Assembly (NCBI GenBank): GCA_963836915.1
Contig: CAWILH010000002.1
Span: 19,010 to 83,009, forward strand
Direction of reading: 5' to 3'
Length of the DNA stretch: 64,000 nt
Origin: an uncultured Cryomorphaceae bacterium
GTDB taxonomy: Bacteria > Bacteroidota > Bacteroidia > Flavobacteriales_D > Cryomorphaceae
The position numbers and the translations under genes are program-made. The notes beneath the pieces are model-generated. The model did no database searches. It had not been told where the DNA came from and saw only the letters and a program-made list of their open reading frames with translations. Positions 49,523-59,684 of this stretch are shown here, piece by piece (position 1 is the first letter of the stretch; each line of letters starts with the position of its first letter).

Positions 49523-50959
49523 CTACTCCTCAGTATTCTTCTCTTCAAAAAGCTCGGGGTCGAAACCGAAAAGCCGATTTTTCTTGATCATCACATCGAC
49601 GTAATTGGGTACCATTTTTTCCCAGCCCGACTCACCATCCTTGATAAGTTTTAATGCCGAACGGCTCTGTATGGCTAGCACTTCGGGGTCGAATCCTTCG
49701 AGATCGCTTATGCGGCCGTTGTAGATCAGATAATCGTAAAGTGGTCGCATACGTGGATGCACAGGCATATTCTTGCTCGTCATAATCTCCGTATCGGTCT
49801 CGCCCTTGTTGGGGTAGAGATAGACTTTCAAGTCACGGGTAAAGAGTATTCCAAAGGCTTCAAGAATACCGCCGTTCAGGTCGCGGTAGTACTTTTCGTC
49901 AAAAAGCTCTATCATATTATTCACCCCCATGATGAGTCCCATGCGGCGACTGGTAAAGGTTGAGAAGTATTGAATGAGCTTATAATATTCCTGATAATTG
50001 GAGATCATAACCGTCTGCCCGAGCGAGCATAATATATCGGCACGATCTATAAAATCCTGTTCGTCGATGTCGCCATCGGCACGAAGGTTATTTAACGTAA
50101 TCTCAAAGAGCACCTGCAGATTATCGGCATCTACGCGGGCTTCTTCTACGAATGCGTTGTAACCATTGATGATCATGTCGATATTTACTTTCGTGACCGG
50201 TCTAAAGCTTCCGCGAATGGCCAGGATATTCTTTTTGTAGAGCAGGTCGGCCGGTTGCAGATTCTTGCCGTCGGGGCTAAAAATTACCGCATCGGTCATT
50301 CCGTTCTTAACCAGTTGAAGGCTGAGCAACCGATTATCTACGGTATCAAAATCGGTGCCCGTCATGGAGACCATATCTATTTCGATATGATCGCGCGTGA
50401 GGTTATCGTAGAGTGATTTTAGGTATTCCCGTGGATTCTGAAAGTAAAAATAGCAACCATAAAGCATATTAACGCCGAGCACACCAATGGTTTCTTGCTG
50501 CATGGCCGCTTCATTTTCATTGAGCTGCACATGAAGGATCACTTCATTTGGAGCCTTCTCGGGACTGGTCTGAAATTTTATGCCCAGCCAGCCGTGGCCT
50601 TTAAAGCGCTTTCGGAAATCAATGGTAGCCACGGTATTGGCAAAGGAGAAAAACTTTTTAGAAGGGTGCTTTTCGCGATCGAGCCGCTCTTCGATCAAGC
50701 CGTATTCGTGGTTGATCATCCGGCGAAGGCGTGTTTCACACACGTACCGATTATTCTCTTCGCGGCCGTAGATGGCATCGCTCACATCCTTGTCGTATGC
50801 CGACATTGTTTTGGCGATAGTACCCGAAGCACCTCCCGCCCTGAAAAAGTGCCTCACCACTTCTTGACCTGCTCCGATCTCGGAAAACGTTCCATAGATG
50901 GTAGGGTCTAAATTCATTCTAAGCGCTTTCTGCTTCGCGGAGAGTATTACTCGTTCCAA
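49523..50959 (-). CDS. Conserved Bacteroidota protein with a nucleotidyltransferase-like C-terminal region
   Basis: YGTFSEIGAGQEV N-terminus; RGSFRPVT resembles the GSFxP motif of NadD-like folds. Confidence 0.7.
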   Translation of the reverse strand: MERVILSAKQKALRMNLDPTIYGTFSEIGAGQEVVRHFFRAGGASGTIAKTMSAYDKDVSDAIYGREENNRYVCETRLRRMINHEYGLIEERLDREKHPSKKFFSFANTVATIDFRKRFKGHGWLGIKFQTSPEKAPNEVILHVQLNENEAAMQQETIGVLGVNMLYGCYFYFQNPREYLKSLYDNLTRDHIEIDMVSMTGTDFDTVDNRLLSLQLVKNGMTDAVIFSPDGKNLQPADLLYKKNILAIRGSFRPVTKVNIDMIINGYNAFVEEARVDADNLQVLFEITLNNLRADGDIDEQDFIDRADILCSLGQTVMISNYQEYYKLIQYFSTFTSRRMGLIMGVNNMIELFDEKYYRDLNGGILEAFGILFTRDLKVYLYPNKGETDTEIMTSKNMPVHPRMRPLYDYLIYNGRISDLEGFDPEVLAIQSRSALKLIKDGESGWEKMVPNYVDVMIKKNRLFGFDPELFEEKNTEE

Positions 50960-51250
50960 AAGGTAGGGGACTAATTATTTCGTGCCAAAATTAAGGTCTT
51001 TATTAGAAAGAACAAGTTTTCAACCTTGCTTTCTTTTGTGGAGACGTCGAGGGACTACTATGCCATGCGTCGAGGTGCTCATCTTTGCCCCGCGCGATGA
51101 CACCAAAGACAAAACGTTTTTTGGCGTTGGCATATTGCCAATCATCAATTATCGATCAACAATTTCCATTGTCAATTATCCATTGTCCATTGTCAATTTG
51201 TCCCGTACTGAAATAAGTTGACCATTTTTCACCCTAAACCGGATAGAAAA

Positions 51251-51670
51251 ATGGCAAGTAAAAAGTCGATTGGAGTAAGATCCAACCCAAGAAGAAATCG
51301 CGTTTTCAGTGATAGCTTTAAGCTCAAGAAGGTTAGAGAGTTGGAGCTAAATCAAACCAGGGTTTGCGATATTTGTAGAGAATACGACGTAAGCTCTACA
51401 GCAGTCTACAACTGGGTTGATAAATTCTCCGTTCTTAAGACGCAAGGAGTGCGACAAATAGTTGAGCCAATGAGTGATACCGCCAAATTAAAAGCCCTAA
51501 GAGAGCAAATCGCTGAGCTACAGAAACTGCTGGGACAAAAGCAGGTAGAGATTGAATTTAAGGACAAACTCATTGAGGTTGCGGAAGAAATGTATGGGGT
51601 AGACATAAAAAAAAAGCTTGGCTCCACACAGTCATCTGGTTCAGGGAAAACAAAGACAAACACAGACTAA
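51251..51670 (+). CDS. IS3 OrfA (HTH)
   Basis: FSDSFKLKKV, ICREYDVS...VYNWV HTH, then a coiled coil. Start at ATG 51251. Confidence 0.88.
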   Translation: MASKKSIGVRSNPRRNRVFSDSFKLKKVRELELNQTRVCDICREYDVSSTAVYNWVDKFSVLKTQGVRQIVEPMSDTAKLKALREQIAELQKLLGQKQVEIEFKDKLIEVAEEMYGVDIKKKLGSTQSSGSGKTKTNTD

Positions 51671-51672
51671 AA

Positions 51673-52551
51673 ATGCGTTTGATCTATCAATTTGCTAAAA
51701 CAAGCAGGCAAAATATTCATCAGAGGTATCAGCGATTGCTGAACAAAACCGATGAGTGGTGCCAGATTGAATACCTGCTGCACGAACTCCGCGATGATCA
51801 CCCAAAAATGGGTGCTGTGAAAATGCATTCCATGCTCTTACCCGATTACATCGGACGCGATCGATTCCTCGCACTCTACCGCGATATGGGCTTCTGTATT
51901 AAAAGGAAACGGAATTTTAAGAGAGCTACCGACAGCAATGGGGTGATACGATTTCCCAACTTAGTTGACTCTATCAAGTTGACACGTGTCAACCAAGTTT
52001 GGGTGAGCGATATCACCTATTATCAGCTTGGAGAACGATACTACTACATGACCTTTATTCTCGATCTTTTCAGCAGGCTTATTGTCGGTTATAATCTGAG
52101 CAAAAGGCTCTTAACTACCCATACAACAATACCCGCTTTTAAGATGGCCTGGAAGGATTACAACCAGGATCAACAACTCATCTTTCACTCTGATGGGGGT
52201 GGACAATACTATAGCAAGAAGTTTTTACAGATAACCAAGGGGCGGATTATCAACAGTATGGCTGAATCTGTATACGAGAACGCACACGCCGAACGCATAA
52301 ATGGCATCATTAAAAACGAATACTTAAAACCTTGGAATCCCCAGGATTTTAGCCAGTTGTGGACAAAACTCAAACAAGCCGTTCACAACTACAACCATCT
52401 TAGACCACATAGGAGCCTGAAGCTCAGAACCCCGGCTGATGTACACTTCGGTTATCAACAAAAACCCGGGTTACTAACAAAGAAAAAAGAAGCAAAAAAG
52501 AAAGAGTTACATTTAATAACACATAGTGAGAAAATGGTCAACCGTATTTAG
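51673..52551 (+). CDS. IS3 OrfB DDE transposase
   Basis: WVSDITY, ILDLFSR, FHSDGGGQY, AERINGIIK and YNHLRPH motifs. Confidence 0.94.
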   Translation: MRLIYQFAKTSRQNIHQRYQRLLNKTDEWCQIEYLLHELRDDHPKMGAVKMHSMLLPDYIGRDRFLALYRDMGFCIKRKRNFKRATDSNGVIRFPNLVDSIKLTRVNQVWVSDITYYQLGERYYYMTFILDLFSRLIVGYNLSKRLLTTHTTIPAFKMAWKDYNQDQQLIFHSDGGGQYYSKKFLQITKGRIINSMAESVYENAHAERINGIIKNEYLKPWNPQDFSQLWTKLKQAVHNYNHLRPHRSLKLRTPADVHFGYQQKPGLLTKKKEAKKKELHLITHSEKMVNRI

Positions 52552-52561
52552 TATTGGGACA

Positions 52562-52652
52562 GTCAATTATCCATTGTCAATTATCCATTGTCAATTATCC
52601 ATTGTCAATTATCCATTGTCAATTATCCATTGTCAATTATCCATTGTCAATT
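52562..52652. repeat. 14-mer tandem repeat (GTCAATTATCCATT)x6.5; further copies left of IS3 (~51166-51198)
   Basis: Perfect units at 52562, 52576, 52590, 52604, 52618 and 52632. Confidence 0.95.
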
Positions 52653-52677
52653 CTAACCCCTACTTTCGCAATTCGAT

Positions 52678-53439
52678 ATGAAACTCACTTTTCTCGGTAC
52701 TGGAACTTCTCAGGGCGTGCCTGTAATAGGTTGCGAATGTGAGGTATGCCAATCTGCCGATCCGAAAGATAATAGGCTTCGTACTTCGGCCATGCTGCAG
52801 TTTGATGGGAAGGCGATTGTGATCGACACCGGTCCCGACTTTCGGCAGCAGATGCTGCGTGCAAAACCAGAGCATGTTGATGCCGTGCTATTTACGCACG
52901 AACATAAGGATCATATCGCGGGGCTTGATGATATTCGTCCCTTTAATTTTAAGTCAAAAAAGGCGCTCGATATCTATGCGACCGAGCAGGTACAAGTGGC
53001 ATTGCGGAGAGAGTACCACTATGTATTTGCTGAGAAAAAATACCCCGGTATCCCGCAGTTGAACTTAAATACGATTACTCCCGGCCATGATTTTCTGGTG
53101 GAAGGAATCGGGGTGATCCCCATATCGGTATTGCATTATAAAATGCCTGTGCTCGGTTTTCGGGCAGGAGACGTGGCATATATCACCGATGCCAACTTTA
53201 TAGCACCCGAAGAAAAGGATAAACTCAAAAATCTAGATGTTTTGGTGCTCAATGCCCTGCGGCTTAAGGAGCATATCTCACATTTCAACCTTCGCGAAGC
53301 CATGGCCTTGGTAGAGGAGCTAAAGCCAAAGCGGGCTTACTTCACTCATATCTCCCACCTTATGGGCAGGCATGAAGCCGTAAGCCATGGCCTTCCGGCA
53401 AATGTGCACTTGGCGTATGATGGCCTGGTGGTGGAGTAG
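52678..53439 (+). CDS. MBL-fold metallo-hydrolase (PhnP family)
   Basis: LGTGTSQGVP, IDTGPDFR, THEHKDH..G.DD, FTHISH. Confidence 0.93.
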   Translation: MKLTFLGTGTSQGVPVIGCECEVCQSADPKDNRLRTSAMLQFDGKAIVIDTGPDFRQQMLRAKPEHVDAVLFTHEHKDHIAGLDDIRPFNFKSKKALDIYATEQVQVALRREYHYVFAEKKYPGIPQLNLNTITPGHDFLVEGIGVIPISVLHYKMPVLGFRAGDVAYITDANFIAPEEKDKLKNLDVLVLNALRLKEHISHFNLREAMALVEELKPKRAYFTHISHLMGRHEAVSHGLPANVHLAYDGLVVE

Positions 53440-53523
53440 GGCGTACACCCCAAAAGCAACTGGAGAAAACGAGCGGTTGCAGCGACGCAGCTCCTATCTC
53501 GGCTGCCCATAATTTTTAAAACC

Positions 53524-53545
53524 AAAGCCCGTAGAAACGGGCTTT
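53524..53545. terminator. Probable bidirectional rho-independent terminator
   Basis: AAAGCCCGT-AGAA-ACGGGCTTT, a perfect 9 bp stem between convergent genes. Confidence 0.7.
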
Positions 53546-53619
53546 AGATTTCTCGGAATGCGACTTGCCATCTTAGCTATAGGCAATAATGTACTGCACT
53601 GGGATTTAGCTTTATTAAA

Positions 53620-53724
53620 TTAACCGTTCTTGGCCTTCTTCAACCGCTTTTCTTCCTTTTTTTCCTTGGGCGACTTCGCCGCTTCCTTCTTTACGCTTTT
53701 CTTAGCGTCTTGACCTTTAGCCAT
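53620..53724 (-). CDS. 34 aa Lys-rich small protein (below the ORF-track cutoff)
   Basis: MAKGQDAKKSVKKEAAKSPKEKKEEKRLKKAKNG*, with an A-rich leader typical of Bacteroidota. Confidence 0.7.
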   Translation of the reverse strand: MAKGQDAKKSVKKEAAKSPKEKKEEKRLKKAKNG

Positions 53725-53742
53725 GATGATTTGTTTTTAGTG

Positions 53743-54024
53743 TTAGGTTCTGCTTTTGCCGGCTGGATGATTCTCCAATAGCTGCCAAAGCGGATGTAAA
53801 TTAAATGCTTTTTTTCTTATTGAGTAGGTATGAACGGCTGACGCCAAGAACTGAAAATGAACATCTGCATTCTCTACTTCACCTTCTTCGGTAATATTGG
53901 ATACAATAGTCGTTATAATTTCATTGTATTCTGACTGGTTTTGTCTATCCGTTATGGATTCACGCGCCGAATCCAATCTAGATCTTTCGATATCTCCCCA
54001 ATTTTGCCGGAAGGCCGCGCCCAA
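53743..54024 (-). CDS. Hypothetical protein (start uncertain)
   Basis: Only ORF filling the gap downstream of the radical SAM gene; no motif recognised. Confidence 0.3.
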   Translation of the reverse strand: MGAAFRQNWGDIERSRLDSARESITDRQNQSEYNEIITTIVSNITEEGEVENADVHFQFLASAVHTYSIRKKAFNLHPLWQLLENHPAGKSRT

Positions 54025-54087
54025 AAAGCTGAGCTCGATACCGCCCGGCTCCCGGAAACCGCATTTGCCGAAATGCCTTGAAAAACC

Positions 54088-56283
54088 TTAAACCACCAGC
54101 AGGCCATGGTATTTCAACTGTTCTATGGGTTTTGAAAACCAGAACAGCTCGAAGTTGTCAAATTGGCTCTCAAAAACGGCCTTGAGCGATTCCACGGTGA
54201 TGGGCTTCCCGCTGCGTGGCGATAGGCGTGGAAGGGTGAGCTCCAGCCATCGGCCCGGCGCCCTGTCAAGCATGATCTGAAAGGTATCGCGCTTATCGTG
54301 AAAGGTAAGTTGAAGGTTTTCAAAAGTCCTGCCCTTCTTGTTTTTAACGACTTCGGTCGCCCTGGGTATACTGCCGAGCCACAGTACCTTGGCGCCCGCC
54401 TTCAGGGCAAAGTCGGGTTCGGAATCCAAGCAGCGCAAGATATAATCGCTGGCCATGGAAGTGTCGGGGATACTGAAATCGAACCAGTCTTGTAGGGGCA
54501 ATCCGAAGCCGATGCCATGCATAAAGTTGAAAAGCGACTTCTTCAACCCATAGCTGAATTGAGTATGGTCTATGCCGGTGCTATCGGTAAACTCGACATC
54601 ATTATTGGCAAAGGTGATCTCCTTATAATGGGGGTAGATGCCGTAATCGCCTGGGTGGAGCCCCACGGGGCTATGGGCGGTAAGGGCAAACTGGTGCCAG
54701 AAACCGGATTGTAAAACGCCTTCTTCAAAAAGTTGGCGCACCATCTCTAGGCTGTCTACCGTCTCTTGCACCGATTGGGTGGGGTAGCCGTACATCAGGT
54801 AGGAGTGCACCATGATATTGGCTTCGGTAAAGTTTCGGGTCACGCGTGCCACCTGCGCCACGGTCACGCCTTTATCAATTAATTTCAAAAGCCTATCGGA
54901 AGCCACTTCGAGCCCACCAGAAATGGCGATACAGCCCGATGCCTTCAGCAAGTGGCATAGGTCGCGGGTGAAGTTCTTCTCGAAGCGGATATTGGCCCAC
55001 CAGCTCAGGGTGAGCCCCCGTTTTAAGATCTCGAGCGCCAGCGCCTTCATCAATGCCGGCGGGGCGGCTTCGTCTACAAAATGGAATCCCGTCTCGCCAG
55101 TCTGCTCCATGAGCGCTTCCATGCGATCGGCCAAAAGCTGCGCTGCGACCGGTTCGTAGAGCTTTATATAATCGAGCGAGATATCGCAGAAAGTACATTT
55201 GCCCCAGTAGCAGCCATGCGCCATGGTGAGCTTGTTCCAGCGGCCATCGCTCCAAAGGCTGTGCATGGGATTGGCTATTTCGATCACCGAGATATACCGG
55301 TCGAGCTTCAAGTCCGAATAGTCGGGTGTGCCGACAGCGCTCTGCTTATAATCTGGCCGTGGGCTGGTATTTTTATAAACTACTGCTCCATCTTCCAGTA
55401 CGTAGGTGCGCTTTAGCTCGGGGGGGTCGAGCGCGCCATTGCTACAGGCATGGTGCGCCAGCAATTCTATGGGCAGCTCCCCATCATCGAGCGTGATGAA
55501 GTCGAAGAACTCAAAGACCCGCGCATCTTGCAGCGATCGCAACTCGGTATTGGCAAAGCCCCCGCCCATGGCCACTTTCACTTCGGGGCAATGGGTTTTG
55601 ATGTATTGGGCGCATCGGAAGGCGCTGTATAAATTGCCCGGAAAGGGCACCGAAAAGCATACCAGCTTGGGCCGTACCGCTTCTACTTCGGCATGGAGCA
55701 GTTGCAGTGTGATGGTATCGATGTGAGTGGCGGTGCCAACCAGGCTTTCGTAGAGCTCGTCAAACGAATTGGCGCTGCGCCCGAGGCGCTCGGCATAGCG
55801 GCTGAAACCAAAATTCGGATCCACGCATTCTACGATAAAGTCCGATAGGTCTTCCAAAAATAAGGTAGCCAGGTACTTGGCCTTGTCCTGCATCCCCATG
55901 GTGCCAAATGCATAATCCATATCGTCGAGCGCGTCAAAGCGCGAAGCGCGCGGCAGGAAGTGATCGGTGCATATCTGCCGTGCGAAAGTCAGGTTTTTGC
56001 CCTGCAGGAATAGGATAATGTCATCAATGATGAGCAGATAATCGTTGCGCAAGGCATAGATGCGTTGGCAGTTTGCCGATGTAATACCATTGCTTTGTGA
56101 TGCTTCCGCAAAAAGATATTCGAAGCTTTCACGGGTAAAGAGCTTCAGGATTACTTCAATCCCCAAGTCCATTTGACAGGCCGGGATGCCCTTGGTATTC
56201 AAGAATCCTTTTAAATAGGCCGTGGCGGGGTAGGGCGTATTCAACTGGGTAAAAGGAGGGGTGATGAGAAGTAGGTCTTTCAC
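54088..56283 (-). CDS. B12-binding-domain radical SAM protein
   Basis: CYWGKCTFC (CxxxCxxC), GGGFAN, FVDEA, SGGLEVAS. Confidence 0.9.
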   Translation of the reverse strand: MKDLLLITPPFTQLNTPYPATAYLKGFLNTKGIPACQMDLGIEVILKLFTRESFEYLFAEASQSNGITSANCQRIYALRNDYLLIIDDIILFLQGKNLTFARQICTDHFLPRASRFDALDDMDYAFGTMGMQDKAKYLATLFLEDLSDFIVECVDPNFGFSRYAERLGRSANSFDELYESLVGTATHIDTITLQLLHAEVEAVRPKLVCFSVPFPGNLYSAFRCAQYIKTHCPEVKVAMGGGFANTELRSLQDARVFEFFDFITLDDGELPIELLAHHACSNGALDPPELKRTYVLEDGAVVYKNTSPRPDYKQSAVGTPDYSDLKLDRYISVIEIANPMHSLWSDGRWNKLTMAHGCYWGKCTFCDISLDYIKLYEPVAAQLLADRMEALMEQTGETGFHFVDEAAPPALMKALALEILKRGLTLSWWANIRFEKNFTRDLCHLLKASGCIAISGGLEVASDRLLKLIDKGVTVAQVARVTRNFTEANIMVHSYLMYGYPTQSVQETVDSLEMVRQLFEEGVLQSGFWHQFALTAHSPVGLHPGDYGIYPHYKEITFANNDVEFTDSTGIDHTQFSYGLKKSLFNFMHGIGFGLPLQDWFDFSIPDTSMASDYILRCLDSEPDFALKAGAKVLWLGSIPRATEVVKNKKGRTFENLQLTFHDKRDTFQIMLDRAPGRWLELTLPRLSPRSGKPITVESLKAVFESQFDNFELFWFSKPIEQLKYHGLLVV

Positions 56284-56430
56284 TATTCAAGCTGGGCGTT
56301 GGGGCAAAGGTACTTGAAAAAAGAAGGGTTTTTTCGCGACAGCCCGATCTGTGAAGTACTTGCGATAAATTCATCCGCCGCATACTTCAAGCAAAGTTTT
56401 CAACTCAAATACCATTGCCGACCTATTCGA

Positions 56431-57345
56431 TCAGAATTTGCTTTCGCTCAATTCTTTGACCTTGGCAGTCCAGCTATCCAAAATCTGCATTTGAAGATCC
56501 CGGTCGGCGGCGGCATAGGGGCCGGTGAGCATTTTAAGGGTGGTGCGCTCCGTGTCCTTATCTTCGAGCAGCAGGAGCTTCTCAGAATAATTGCCCTTGT
56601 CGTAGTCGTTTTGGATGTAGAAATTACCGTAATTCATATCGCCAAACGAGCTGGTCACATTTCCCGAAAGGGCACACCAATAATTAAAATTGGTAGATGC
56701 GCGCCAGTCGATAGGGAGTATTTGGCCATTGGCGACCGTAGGCTGCAGTGCATCTGCATACCGCGGTGAGGTGATCACATCCCATAGCTTGGCCTTGGGG
56801 GCATCGATCTCGATATCATTCATGATAAACCGCGATCGGGGGAGCTTGGCCACCGCTCCGCTGTCCATCATGCTTACTTCGCCCAAGCGGGCGCTGCCAT
56901 TGCCGCCATTCAAGAAGCGGAAGCCGACGATGGAATCATTGGAGACGGTAATTGCTTGGATCAGGATGATGATCTCCTGCCTGCCCGAATGGGATGGTTC
57001 AATGGTGGCCAGCCGCGGCATCGTCATGTCCAAGGGGCGTGCATCGGGGTACAGGGCAGCATCTACGTAGATGAGCGATTGCCCGCTGCGGGTTTCTTCT
57101 TCGGTGGGCATCCGGCCATTTATCACGGGCACCGTTTCCCAGTCTTGGATGTCCACGGCCGGAAATCCGATCAGATTATCAGGGCAGTACCACCCGCCAT
57201 AGCCATGGGCCCTGATCTTTTGGGTCACTTGCTTTTCAGCTACCGCCTGAGCATTTTCGCTTTGTGCGGGTTTCTTGTTTTGGACGCAAGCCGAAAGGTA
57301 GAGCAAACAGTACATGCCAAGTGTTTTTGAAATCGTATTTTTCAT
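56431..57345 (-). CDS. Hypothetical lipoprotein
   Basis: LSAC lipobox, YGGWYCPDN motif. Confidence 0.75.
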   Translation of the reverse strand: MKNTISKTLGMYCLLYLSACVQNKKPAQSENAQAVAEKQVTQKIRAHGYGGWYCPDNLIGFPAVDIQDWETVPVINGRMPTEEETRSGQSLIYVDAALYPDARPLDMTMPRLATIEPSHSGRQEIIILIQAITVSNDSIVGFRFLNGGNGSARLGEVSMMDSGAVAKLPRSRFIMNDIEIDAPKAKLWDVITSPRYADALQPTVANGQILPIDWRASTNFNYWCALSGNVTSSFGDMNYGNFYIQNDYDKGNYSEKLLLLEDKDTERTTLKMLTGPYAAADRDLQMQILDSWTAKVKELSESKF

Positions 57346-57476
57346 GGGTTTTATTTATAGGCCTAAAGTAGGTTGCCACCCATCGGGGCAGATACAAATA
57401 GTGTAAATTAATGTAAATCCACTGTAATTTATCTGAAGTGGGGCGGGGAGCGGTTTTATTCGCCTAGCTTTGCTTC

Positions 57477-58349
57477 ATGTTGGTTCATTTATTCAGAAGA
57501 TACATCTTCTTGTTTATTGTATTTCTTTGGTTTTCACCAAATGTGGGTGCCGTAGGGGCAGATCAAGGCATCACCGTTTTGCTGCGGAGCATAGGCCACC
57601 AGTTTCTTTTGGAAAGGGGCGATTCCATAACGCCCGTGCTGCCACTTACGATAGTCGATGGAAGGTATTCGATGCCTTTTGAGACAGCATTCTCGTACGA
57701 ACCCGATATGCTGACCATTGCGGCGATGAAGGTTATGGAGCTCCACTCCATTGGCGGAAGCCTGATCATAGAAGTGCAGGCCTGCGAAAAAGAAGAAGTG
57801 CTGCATAGCTTTAAGGCCAGCCTTGCTGATGGCGGGAGTATGCTGCCCTGTAGTGGGCGCGTGCTGCCACGGGGCTGTTACGTGTTTTATTTTACGCCGA
57901 TAGGCATCACCGGCATCACTCAGCCGGCTGGGCTGGCCGATAGTCCGGGACTTGGCTATGGCTACGCCCTTATTGGCCTGCTATTGGCGGCAGCCGTAGC
58001 GCTGTACCTGATTCGTATGAAGCGAAGCGCTGGCACGGGGCAGGGGCTGATCGCCATCGGCCAATACAGGTTCGATCAAAAGGCGATGCTCTTGATGCGC
58101 GAAGCTGAGTCGGTAGCCCTTTCGGGCAAAGAGTCGGAGCTACTCTACCTGCTCTGCTCCAATGAGAGCAAAACGCTAGGGCGCGACCATATCCTGAGCG
58201 TGGTGTGGGGCGATGCCGGCGATTATGTGGGCCGGACGCTTGACGTTTTTATCTCCAAACTGCGCAAAAAGCTGGAAGATGACGCTGCCGTGAAGATCAT
58301 CAATGTGCGCGGGGTGGGGTATAGGTTTGTGGTTCACGCGGGCTCGTAG
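57477..58349 (+). CDS. Membrane-anchored regulator with C-terminal OmpR-type winged HTH
   Basis: N-terminal signal/TM, extracytoplasmic domain, TM (GYALIGLLLAAAVALYLI), then LSGKESELL...RTLDVFISKLRKK...NVRGVGYRF. TAGCTTTG promoter motif at 57465-57472. Confidence 0.88.
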   Translation: MLVHLFRRYIFLFIVFLWFSPNVGAVGADQGITVLLRSIGHQFLLERGDSITPVLPLTIVDGRYSMPFETAFSYEPDMLTIAAMKVMELHSIGGSLIIEVQACEKEEVLHSFKASLADGGSMLPCSGRVLPRGCYVFYFTPIGITGITQPAGLADSPGLGYGYALIGLLLAAAVALYLIRMKRSAGTGQGLIAIGQYRFDQKAMLLMREAESVALSGKESELLYLLCSNESKTLGRDHILSVVWGDAGDYVGRTLDVFISKLRKKLEDDAAVKIINVRGVGYRFVVHAGS

Positions 58350-58366
58350 ATGTTGCTGGGTTAATA

Positions 58367-59098
58367 TCAGTGCGGTTTTCGGCCAGCGTTTTTCTTCCTA
58401 AGCTTTGCGATCGTGATAGGTATAAAGTCAGTAAGATAATCGGTGCTGAGCTCTTTGCGCACGCAAAGTAGGAAAACATACCATACGGTGGCAGTGGCCA
58501 CGAGCATCTCGCCGCCGTCTTCAAAAAAAGCGAGAAATTGATTTAGCAACTTTCCGGGGTGAATGGCTATGTGCAGCATATCGATCACCACGCCAAAGAA
58601 GAACAGGGCGATAATAAGCAGCAACAGATCATGAGACATTCTCCTGAAGGCAGCCGAGCCACGGTAATAAGCGAATAGGAGCAGGGGAAAAATCCCGAGA
58701 CCTGCGGTGGCTGTCACTGCGAGCTCTCCGATATCTTGCGGTCGCAACCCAAAGGGAGGTATGAAGTCGATATGAGCCGCGATGCGATTGCCAAAGTTCT
58801 CGTGAATCTGTAATGCATCATCAAAAAGAATATAGGAAAAGACCAAAAGCCATCCTATATAATTTATTGATTTCCGCTGGAGCGTAAGCGTTGCGAGCAA
58901 AATGATGATCCAAAACCATTTGATGTATTGGTACATTTCGGGAAAGCTCTCATCGCTGTCTACCAGGAGCAACGTGTTTTTGGGATCGGGAGAAAATACA
59001 GTATTTATGTGAATAATAAAAAATACCAGATCCGTGCAGAAGAGCATGGTCAGCAGAATTGAAGCAGTGGGAACGTAAAATTTCTTGATGTATTCCAA
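58367..59098 (-). CDS. Multi-pass membrane hypothetical protein
   Basis: About six hydrophobic segments; DDALQIHE and EDGGEM motifs. Confidence 0.75.
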   Translation of the reverse strand: MEYIKKFYVPTASILLTMLFCTDLVFFIIHINTVFSPDPKNTLLLVDSDESFPEMYQYIKWFWIIILLATLTLQRKSINYIGWLLVFSYILFDDALQIHENFGNRIAAHIDFIPPFGLRPQDIGELAVTATAGLGIFPLLLFAYYRGSAAFRRMSHDLLLLIIALFFFGVVIDMLHIAIHPGKLLNQFLAFFEDGGEMLVATATVWYVFLLCVRKELSTDYLTDFIPITIAKLRKKNAGRKPH

Positions 59099-59684
59099 TA
59101 GATTGGTTTATTGGCTTAAGCCGCTTTGCCCCTGCTGGCTTTTACAATGGGAGCGCCTTGGTAAGTGAAAAAGAGCCCAAAGTTAACCAAAAGTTAATTG
59201 TTTATTTCTTAACCAATAGCTTGTCAGGGTGTTTCTGGCCAAATGAGACCAAAACATATTTGGATTGGACTAGGGTGGGACGGCAATGATTGAAAATGGA
59301 CTATGGACTGTTTAGTACGGGAAATCTTCTACCAGTGGAGAGAAATCGACTTAGACGAGAAAAAAATTAAGTATGGACTTTGTATCTTCCATCACGGAAA
59401 TACCCCAATCGCTCGCGTCTCGTACCCAAATTGAAAATCTAATATCACCGGATTACGGTTCTCTAAACTCTTGGTCGTTCACCTTTGGCCGCATAAGCCA
59501 TGGGTTTCACGTTAATTCCAATAGCTTGCCCAGACCATGTTGGGGACGATATTGAATTTAAGACAATCAGGCGGACATTGAATCATTGGTTATCAGTTTT
59601 TTACATTCCGAAGAACAAACTCACGGCTCAGAAGGCGCAATTGAAAACTAAAATTCCGACCTTTGCCGCCCCAAAAAAGGCCGA

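Larger units (their letters stand above)
51199..52561 (+). mobile_element. IS3-family element
   Basis: TG...CA ends with IRs TGTCCCGTACTGAAATAAGTTGACCATTTT / AAAATGGTCAACCGTATTTAGTATTGGGACA. Confidence 0.93.

Noticed and set aside
49523-50959. TonB-dependent receptor label I recall being attached to this family
   Set aside because: No signal peptide, no beta-barrel pattern and no C-terminal Phe; the sequence looks cytoplasmic alpha/beta.
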